A stretch of 64,000 nt of DNA from Octopus sinensis (lineage: Eukaryota). Numbering within the stretch: the first letter of the stretch is position 1; each line of letters starts with the position of its first letter. A program made the translations under genes and the position numbers. Below the pieces are notes generated by a model. It saw only the letters and a program-made list of their open reading frames with translations. It was not told where the DNA came from and searched no databases. Below are positions 53,572 through 64,000 of this stretch, piece by piece. The DNA is taken from the NCBI RefSeq assembly GCF_006345805.1, contig NC_043005.1, forward strand, positions 106,516,001-106,580,000, read 5' to 3'.

Positions 53572-56500
53572 TTCCTGTTTTATGCACGCTGTTGTAAACT
53601 ATGCATGCATATAAATATGTATGTAAATGTATTTGAAATCCAACCATCTCCCGTTGCAAGAGCAGAAAAATAAAAGAGAAACTATGTTCACCACCGTCTT
53701 CTGCTCAAAAGTAAAACTGAAAAGTCTTTTGTGCCGACCCTTAACATTTGGCTTTGCTTTAATGAAAGAATATCAAAGAAATGAGGCAATCTAAAATCCA
53801 ACCACGTCATATATATTCCTCATAGAGCAGCATTGTCAACAATTCCAAATTTTTTTTCTAATTTCATTATCTGTTAGTCATCTATCCGCTTTCAAACAAG
53901 TACCGGGAACGGCAAGTCGCTATAACCACATTCCATCCATACTTTGAAAGTTTCCCGTCTCTTTGTACATAACGGCAGCACTGAAAGACAAGCTGTAAGT
54001 TTCTTCTAATTTGTAAAAAAAAAAAAAGTACGAAATTAATATAAAAATAAAAAGCAATCAATATAAAGAGGAAAGAAAAATCATTGTGTGCAAGGATAGC
54101 GTCAGCACAACATGATTTATAACTTGTGTCCGTTTACCTTTGACTTGGTCATAAGTCTACGATCATGGGTAGTGCTTTCATGCAGTTATATATGCATATG
54201 CATATATATTAGTAACAACCTGGTACAGCATGATATGAATAAAAATCATATTGTTCTGGCAGTAAACTCCTCTTTGAATTTGTTCCTCTTGGGAAGTGAT
54301 GTATTTACAGTTATATATGAACTCAATATGCTCCAAGTTTACTCTTTGACCTTTTCTCTGGACAGTGTAATAGGCCAAATTGTACATCATATTTCGACAA
54401 TTCCCCAATGGGAAAAAATGTCAAAGGAAAAATTAACAGTTGACGCTGCTTCCCTTCCCTTTTGCCAGATAAGAATATGCTTGCTTATACATTTCAAACA
54501 TTGACCGAATGAATCTTTAACATGATTACTTATGTATAGACAGGTACAACCAGTCGGACTCCTTTGAATAAATATGCTTTGTATGAGATGAATTCAAACA
54601 AAAAGGAAAGAAATATGAAAGAGAAATCACAAGCTTATCTGAATAATCAAATGTCAGTCTTTCTTTATATGCAATATTTCATTTATTTAGAATAAGTGGG
54701 AACGCCAGTAGACTTTTAACTTTCAAATGAATTACAGCGTTGTTCTATAGTTTGGGAATTGTTTCAGTTATTTCTCAATCGAGTTAACATTTATTCAGCA
54801 TCCATAAGGACCATACTGGAATATTTTTGTCATAATGCTTCTTACCAATTTTAGCAACCTATAAAAATATAACTAAATTCACTTAACCAAAACTTCAACC
54901 TGTCCTGCAACTTTAGCAATAGATTACCATATAAATACAAAACCAAATTATAGTGTTGTTTTTCTCAAAATTCAGTTGACATTCTTTCAATAAATCAGTA
55001 TCAATTGTGTTGAAAATTAAATCATCAACAGAAAACATATTTCTCTGATGAATTTATAATGCATATCTGATGTGTGAACTACGTATGATATTACCATTAA
55101 TTTTATTTACAGCACTTTAAGATGCGATATAAAATTCTATGGAATAATAACAAATGACAGCTCTGGATTATGTTTGAAGAATGATAAGTTTTCAAAGTCA
55201 ACACGCTTTTAAATTTCATTTATATATTAATGTCGGTGTTGTCTATACCAAATTAAGAACTACATACTTTTTTTACAGACAAATATAATTATATAAAAAG
55301 CTAAAATTTCCATGATTGAATAAAAATTGTTTCTGTACAAATTAAATACAAATAATGATTAAGATATATTTGAAATAGTTATTCTTTATTCACTCATGCT
55401 AAAATGACTGTTTGATTGAAGCTACGGACACTCACTTAGCAAAAATAATGCATTGTTAGTGTTGCGGGGAATAAGAGTAGAAATGGATATATTTTTTAGA
55501 AATATACTAATACAGAAATGGAGAATTAATCAGAATTGGAATTATAGAAGAAAAGACAACAGGAAGATACCATTCTTTCCAGTATAAATTTAATTAGAAA
55601 TAAAATATCGAATAAATAATGAAACACTGATAATGTAGAACTCCAAAACCTAGAAAACCACTTAGAATAGTGATGATATTTAGAAAAGTGCCTTAGTACA
55701 AATTTGAAGCTAATGTGTGTCTGCAGAGATGTGATGCCGTTTAGAAAAGTTGTTTGCCTGTAAAAAAAGAACTGAACTTAATTAGTAATGTAAGATATCA
55801 AACATGCAATCAAGCAATCAATTAAAGATATAAAATCAGTAAAAATATATAGAACTCTAGGTCTATAGAAAAGTGAAGTCAGGTGGAAATGCGAGTTTGT
55901 AGAATTCTAAAGCTATTTGAAGGTGTTAGTCTGTACAAATATTCAGGCATTTATGAATGTTGATCTCTAGAAGTGTGAAACTAACTAGTAATGTGAGCCT
56001 GTAGAATAGTGTAGCCAGTAAAAAGTAAAACTAATAAAACATGAGCTTTGTGATACTGTGAAGCCAGTTCAAAATGTGAAGTCGGTTAGTTTCTACAGAT
56101 GCTAAAATATTCTAAAAAACTACGGATGCGGTTAGAAAAGAGCTAGGATGAGATTAGAGTGTAAATTTTGAAATAATTTAAAGATTATATCAGAGTTCAA
56201 TTTTAATATAATTCCACTATATCACTAAAGAATCCATTAGAGACATTATGAGAGAATAAATTGTTTTTCATGAAGGTAGCATGAATGAGAAATTTTTACG
56301 AGGAATTTATTCTCCAAATTATATTAATTTTTTATGCCAGCTTGTGAACAGCACTTTAATGCTTCACTGTGGAAACAATACATCACTGAAGAGGTTTGAT
56401 AACACCAAAACGTCCAGAAGGGGTCGTTTACTGTATTTTCTAGAATAATAAAACATTAATTACTTCCTAATACTATATGCTACCCTGTAATAGTCTTTAA

Positions 56501-56960
56501 TTAGTTTTTATTTAATAATTGCTGCATTAAATTATAATACAACCATGAGTAAAATGGACACTTATATAAACAAGTCAGGTGCCAGTTACTAAATGCAAGT
56601 AATATTATAAAATTAGTAAATTAAAAAATCATTTAGTGTCAACAATAGATTTGCAAAATATTTTAGGATATTTCCCAAGTTTAAAATATTGAGTTATTCT
56701 CTATAACTATGGCTGAACATGTGTTTCTTTGTTTATCACCTCATTCCATGTGATGTAAGTATCAAAAATGACCAGACACTCACCAACATTATCATTTATT
56801 TTACATCCATTTTCTGCTGGTGATACGGTGCCCATATCTTTATTCAGCCATTCTAAAGCTTTACAGCTTAAGGAGAATTATTTTCTCATTGGTTTACTAA
56901 TTAGACAGTAAAAATTCACATTTCTATATGCGTATATAAATATGAATGCACAAATGTGTG

Positions 56961-57003
<43 letters not shown>

Positions 57004-57099
57004 AAGTGTGTGTGTGTGTGTGTGCGTGTGTATGAGAGAAGTTCTCTCAAATTGATATACGGTACTAAGAACACATTTATATCGTTGTGGACGAGAAAG

Positions 57100-57900
57100 G
57101 TTTGATATGGGCACTGGAACTGCCAGATCACAGGATTTTCGCGTACTGGTCTCTTTCAGTGGCAGGCGTCCAGCTCCACATACTAGGCATATACGTCTCT
57201 AATATTTTATGTATCGATGTCAGTGAGATTCGTTGTTGAATAAGGTGCATTGTGTTTTCTCTTCTGGCTCTGTGCTTTGACAACAATCCCGGTGACAACG
57301 CTGTACTCGCGTTTGTCTTTTTTCGTATATTGCAGAGTTGGTATGGAAGAGGAAAATTTATGCATAGAAAACTTGATTTTCGATGAATGAAATCTCAGTC
57401 ATCATTATGCCTATGATTGTAACCATTTTTAGTTTCAGAGCCCAAATCCCACGAAACTTCAGAAGTTCCAGACTTGTTGCATTTTGCTACGATATATCAC
57501 TTTTCACCACCGTAAGCAAATGTGGAATGTCTCTATATGATACATGGGTCAAATAGATACAGTTTTCAAAATTGCTTCAGATCAAATGTAATATTTTAAA
57601 AGAATATCACATTCAACAATGTAATCACAGATGGAATATCTCACTTTATACGGCTCTTCAATTAAGCTTTATCTTGGGGGTGCATAACAATAACATTAAC
57701 TCAATCGTATCACATCTCTCAAAATAAGAAGAAAGTACTTCTTCATTGCTCTTCAAGCTAACTACTCTGCTGTGTAAATATCCATCAGCAAATAGCGAAC
57801 TATTTACTAAAATAATTTGCCCAAAATATTTGAAGTTATAGAAATCGCTTATAAATTGCATGCCTGCCTGCCACAGAATGGCAGATCGGGCATTGAATAT
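57100..57900 (-). mobile_element. Very old RTE-like RT remnant
   Basis: SSLFADG...LSSYFERC resembles the LFADD region; downstream weak RTE-like motifs. Confidence 0.4.
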
Positions 57901-58808
57901 CAGCCCAGTGCTGATATCTCAGATATTCTCTCTCGGGCATGTCTAGTGGTTCGTTGGGAACAAGACGTTGGAATTATTTCTTAGGTATTCAATTGGCTAA
58001 CTACGTGACATAGGTCTGCAGAAGTGGAGCACAACATGGTTACCAAACAACAAGATTAACAGGAATAAGGAAAAAAAAACAACATCAACAACAAAGTCAA
58101 CAACAATGAAAACAGTGATAACAATAAAATCAACATCACTAAAGAAAAACCAAAATAATGGTTTTGAAAGCGAAAATATCTCGAAAATAAAAATAAAGAA
58201 TGGGAAATTTTTTGGTTGTTTTCCTTTACATCATATTGGTAAGGTAGTGACCAGAAAATTGTAGAATGGACGGTGGAATTGAATTTTGAAGACAAATAAA
58301 CGATTGCTACTTGGAATGGGCAGGAAAGAATAAAAAATAGCTGCCTGTCAAATTGTTTGTATTATTTTTTTGTACTTTTATTTTGTTTGACGTTTTGGTA
58401 GAGATTGAAGAATCATAGGGAAGAAACAATCATTTTGGATGATGCATCTATCTGCATATAGTAAATGTATGTATGCTTGTGTGCATATATATATATATAT
58501 GTATATTATATATATGTGTATATGTAATATATATATATATTTATATATTATATATATAATATATATATATATGTGGGTGTATGTACTTGCATGTATACAT
58601 ATATGTATATATGTATGTATATACATATTTATATATAGATATACATATATATGTATACACGTAGATATATATGTCTATTATATTATATATATAGATATAT
58701 ATATTATATATATATATATATAGCAGTAGATATATTATGCATATATACGCGATTTAGTATATATATATATATATATAAATTTGCGCGCGTGTGTGCGCGT
58801 GCATGTAT

Positions 58809-58848
<40 letters not shown>

Positions 58849-59632
58849 TTCTGTACGAATGCCTAAAATAGTGTCAGGCATGTACAGTTGAAATAAAATG
58901 GAACCCTCACTTTTCCAAAAAATAAAGAAAAGAAAGAAAAATGAAAAACAACGGAGTAATCTAAAAAAAACTGAGAGAGAGAAAAAAGATTTGTATTGAA
59001 GCTGGGGGTGTGCCATGGGTAGGGAAGTTGGGTTGAAAGTAAAAAACAACACAAACAATGACGACAAAAAAAAAGAAAAAAGAAAAAAGAACAAACAATT
59101 GTTTGTGTGTTTGAATGTACATGAATATATGTATGTGTTTGTGTGTTGGTGTGTTTGTGTGTTGGTGTGTTTGTGTGTTTGTGTGTGGCAATTTATAAGT
59201 ATGAAGAGTACATTAACGTGTGTGCGTGTGTGTGCAGCAATTTATAACATCGAGGTGTGCATGAAAGAATGTGTATATGTGTGTAAGTGTGTATGAGTGT
59301 GAGCGTGTGTGTGAGTGTGTGTATGCGTGTGTGCGTGTGCGCGTCGGAGAAGGAGAGGGGGGGAGAGAAATTATTTTCTAAAATGTGCCGATCTTTTGAA
59401 AGTGGATTGTTTGTGTGTTTATTTGTCAGTTTTCACACACACAAGCACACACACACTGACATACACCCATACACACACAGACATGCATTCGCACACGCAC
59501 ACACACACACACACACACACGCACACATACACACAGGTATTTGTGTAGAAGTATGTTATATTGTGTATGCTACACTATATGAGAGCCGAAAGCATATATG
59601 TGTGTGTCTGTTGCGTGTATGCAGCATTTGTG

Positions 59633-59703
<71 letters not shown>

Positions 59704-59825
59704 TTATGTATATATATATGTATATATATATGTATATATATATGTATATATATATATGTATATATATATATGTATATATATATGTATATATATATGTATA
59801 TATATATATATATATACACACATAC

Positions 59826-59901
<76 letters not shown>

Positions 59902-60788
59902 TGCATATATGCGTGAATCTGAGTACGCGGATGTATATAAGCATACACCTGTGAGGGATTTAATGTCTCCATACACTTTTCATATGCACACGCACGCAAG
60001 CCCGCGCGCACGCACACTCACACACGCACACACACACACACAAACACACACACATACACACACATAATTATATGTATGCATATATGTCAAAACGTATACA
60101 CTATTACTAAACAGATTGTCATGTGTTTTTGCCGTGGGCAAAGAGAATTTCTCACAATGCTGAAATTGGAGACCACTCTGGTTGTATTCCCTTACATACG
60201 AATAAACGCCAATGCAGACACGGACATACACATATATAACTATATATAGATATGCACACATATACATATGCATACATGTACACAAACATACACACGCGCA
60301 CACACTTATACACAAATATATATAACAAGAATATATATGATTTTTTTTCTGCTTTACTTTGTACTCATCACACATCCATACGTTACATATAGACACATAC
60401 TCATATCTACGTACATATGTGCATACAAATATGTATACACATTCACACAAACACACATGTATATATATGCAGGCATACATGCATAGATGTAAATATGCTT
60501 ATACGTACACCCACAAAAACACACACGCTCATACATGTATATATATATATATATATACATACACACACATATAACGTAAGATTTATAGATGAATTGCATT
60601 TAACTCTTACTCATTACAAAATGCTTAGGTATACCCATCCGTACGTACAAACATATAACATTGCTCATCCTTATGCATTCACAAATAATGTCATATAGTT
60701 ACATATATACATCCATACATATGCATACACTCGTACATGTATATATGTATATATATATGTATGTATGTATGTATATATACATACATAC

Positions 60789-60867
<79 letters not shown>

Positions 60868-62149
60868 GCATATATACACGTACATAGATGTACGAATATA
60901 GATTTATAATGCATTTATATACACACGTTTATAGCACACAAACATACATATTTTAACCATATATATAAATATACATATATACCAATATAGATTCATAATA
61001 TGTATAACTTTGCATACATACATTTATATTACAAGCACGCAAACGTGCATACCGACGAACATACATATATATGCATGCTTGCAAAACCACTTCTACTCTA
61101 CAAAATTGGTTCTTTGAAATGTGAAAAGCCAAAAATAACCGACCCTTCTCTCACAGCAAATGGAAGAGTTTATTCTTCCAACAGTCATCTCACTTGAGCA
61201 AATTCGTTGGAATTCAAACTCAATCGATACTTGTAAGATTGATGGAAGTGTCTACATCTCAACTTCAACTTACCTCACCTCTCTCTCTCTCTCTCTTTCT
61301 CTTTCTCTCCCTCCCTTTTTTCTCCCTCTTTCTCCCTCATTTTCTATCCTTTATTCCTTTCTGATTTTGTGTATACATACAACTCCCAAATTATATGCTG
61401 ACCTTTTACAACATTTACGTTTAGATTCATGTGTAGACACACACACACTTTGTTATACGCGTGTCAAGACACATACATACCTCAATGAATACGGCACACA
61501 AAGCATTTGTATGCATGTAGAAAAATATACACATATCTGTGTGTATCTCTCTGTGTATAACAGAATGTGTTCAGATTTGTTTTTTATTGACAATTTTTAT
61601 ATTTACTTATTAGTTCTTTAAGTTGCTACCCTCTCTATATATATCTATCTGTGTGTGTGTATGTGTGTGTTTATGCGCGTGAGTGTGTGTGTGTGTGTAA
61701 ATCTCCGTGTGTATGCATGTATAAATACAAGTATATAAGCAAACGTTCGTGCGTATATGCATAAGAACATACGCACACACATAAACACATACACACACAT
61801 ACAATCATATAACATATAATAGATACATATTTTACATACAAGGAAATACTTTCCCTCAGCTAGTGACTGAACATGACAAAATTTCGACACTTTGAAACAG
61901 CCTTTATGTATTTAGCTGCTCGGAGCAGCATTGCCCCAATCGGAGAATGTCCTCCTTCTTTTGTTCCACACCGTGACGTTTGTTTTCCCCATGCAGCCAT
62001 GAGACTCAAACTGAGGACAGCTCCAATTTTTCGTACCTGACCGTCAATACTGGACATTGTCGGCGGTGCATTTTACGTCAGTCACAGAAGTAATTGCAAC
62101 CTGAATCCATTTTACAAACATGCACGCTGTCCCTTAGTTACCGGCGATA

Positions 62150-62790
62150 GTTCACTACATAATACTTCCGATTAACAGGGCTGATATTCAAGGACTCAGG
62201 CATGTTTGTTGCGGTGCCTTGATTGTCTTTGTTTATGCGAAAGACGCTGACGGAAAGCTAATTAACCAAAAATTAATAGACTTGTGAACCTGAATTCATC
62301 GAAATGAATGACATGACCTACACATAGCTTATGGTATGTGATGAGTGGCGTTTCCAAACTGAGAGAGCACGACTTCTCCCTCAACTCTTCAGCGGTTGTA
62401 TAATAATTGCCATAGACATTTCTTATGAATCCTTTCGAATATTTTGAAGTTTTATCGATGTAGGGTCCATGTTTTAGATGAATATAACATGGTTGTGATA
62501 ACGCAAACATTATAGATGGAATTGTGTTAGAAGGTTTCAAATCGCTGTCTCACCAGACGAATTTCACCAGTGTCTCAGACATAACTAAAGTCTTAGCAAC
62601 CCCATTTTGATTCCAGAATCTATGGGACCATATCTGAAAACGGAAGTGCTGAGATACCCATATCATATAATACACCAAATTAGCCCCAGAACAAGGACAT
62701 TTGGTTCCATAACCGGTTCTCTAGAAAAGATGTAAACATCGCTGTTTTTCTTTTCATAAACTAAAGGTCCAAATCCAGAAGAAGACACTA
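62150..62790 (-). mobile_element. RTE-clade LINE C-terminal remnant
   Basis: IYNVCVITTMLYSSKTWTLHR*NFKIFERIHKKCL and LETPLI...VGHVIHFDE.R...LIFG match RTE post-RT motifs. Confidence 0.75.
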
Positions 62791-62819
62791 GAGATTTTCA
62801 TAACATTTTGAACATCTTG

Positions 62820-62854
<35 letters not shown>

Positions 62855-63025
62855 ACACACATACACGTTTGTATGTATATGTGCATGTACTAAAACTATA
62901 TATATGCATGTGTGCGTGTATCCAAAAGGGATTTTCAACACAATATTTATATACTATTCTTCAGAGCTGTACACGATGTTTCTTGAAAGTTACAAAATTG
63001 TTTTGACATCAACAGTATACATATA

Positions 63026-63087
<62 letters not shown>

Positions 63088-63752
63088 TCATACACACACA
63101 CACATACACCACACCACACCATACCAAACATACATACATATTTTTACAAGGAAAAGGTTAAGAGTGGCTTCGAATTTTCGGATTGCTCACTGTTATCAGA
63201 ATCTGAGCAAGACAAAAAATTAGAAACCATCGTTGCTCTTCCCCTTGTGATGGTTAATAAAGACGTACTCTACTAAAACTATTTAGTAATCCTTCAATCT
63301 AATAATGTATCGTGTTTTATATATAAATCAAAATGAAAAGATATATGTATAGAAGTATATGCATATATACACGCAAATGTCGAACGATGAGAATGAGTGC
63401 TCAACACCGCATTGGTGGACAGAATTTCTTTATTTGTGTATTAACGCTACCATTGTTTTCATATTAAAAAAAATATATTTATATCTTAATAATCATTGAA
63501 ACCCATCGCATGAAGGAATGATGTTCGTCTCCATTTTGGATAAAAGCACAAAGTCTCGTGAATTCACCGATATTCTCGTAGAGAAAACAATAAATCAAGC
63601 GGCGCTTTTCTTGGATGATATATTTTGAGTGTATTCTAGGTATATGTGATTTTTTGTTTGTGTGCTATGGTAGTTCGTCATGGGGTCACATGTATTCTGT
63701 GTATGGAGTTTTTGTGCTGTATATATTCAATTTTCACGCTCAGGAAAAAACG

Positions 63753-64000
63753 CTATCCTGGCAGCGTAGGTAGTGGTTCCTTTTTGGAGTGTCTAAATGT
63801 GAGATATTGCTTGTGTATGCGGGGAGAAAAGATTTTATCCCGAATATTTAGGATGCTATCCGTTGACTGTATGATATTTAGTTTTTCAGTGATGCAGAGT
63901 TCACATTTGGTTCTCCGTCCTCTGTATTTTCTGGCTTTGGCAATGATGCTCCATTTTATCGGGAGACTACTTATTTCTCCTTCTTTCAATGTCCATATCA
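63753..64000 (-). mobile_element. Penelope-like element GIY-YIG C-terminal fragment
   Basis: KWSIIAKARKY...KCELCITEKLNII...LNIRDKIFS..IH matches the PLE CxLCxxEK...LNxRxE...H tail. Confidence 0.8.

Noticed and set aside
54449-54549. Plus-strand 75-nt exon after a strong polypyrimidine tract
   Set aside because: Stops in all three frames and a weak donor (GTACAA).

Overview
Eukaryotic, AT-rich, repeat-saturated window with no recognisable host protein-coding gene; most likely intronic or intergenic. The very dense microsatellites and the tRNA-derived SINE families suggest a coleoid cephalopod (octopus-like) genome, which is an inference. Almost every ORF in the supplied track is a microsatellite artefact. 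Retroelements: two Tx1/L1-clade LINEs (a 4-kb plus-strand copy with endonuclease, RT and CCHC, and an internally deleted minus-strand copy), two R4/Dong-type RLE 3' fragments, four RTE-type RT fragments, and degenerate Penelope-like (PLE) RT and GIY-YIG remnants. DNA elements: two Tc1/mariner relics, two MITEs, non-autonomous Helitrons and a Helitron helicase relic. At least three SINE families are present. Most notable: (1) a type I hammerhead-ribozyme fold inside a long-TIR MITE at about 24.9 kb; (2) a SINE variant whose 3' tail matches the Tx1 LINE 3' end and that repeatedly joins the same G(T/C)ATTTCG site of related SINE bodies; (3) R4 and Tx1 elements each flanked on both sides by their own tetranucleotide array, suggesting microsatellite targeting; (4) candidate recursive-splice (AG|GT) sites on the plus strand. 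All protein assignments are by-eye motif recognition, not database searches.
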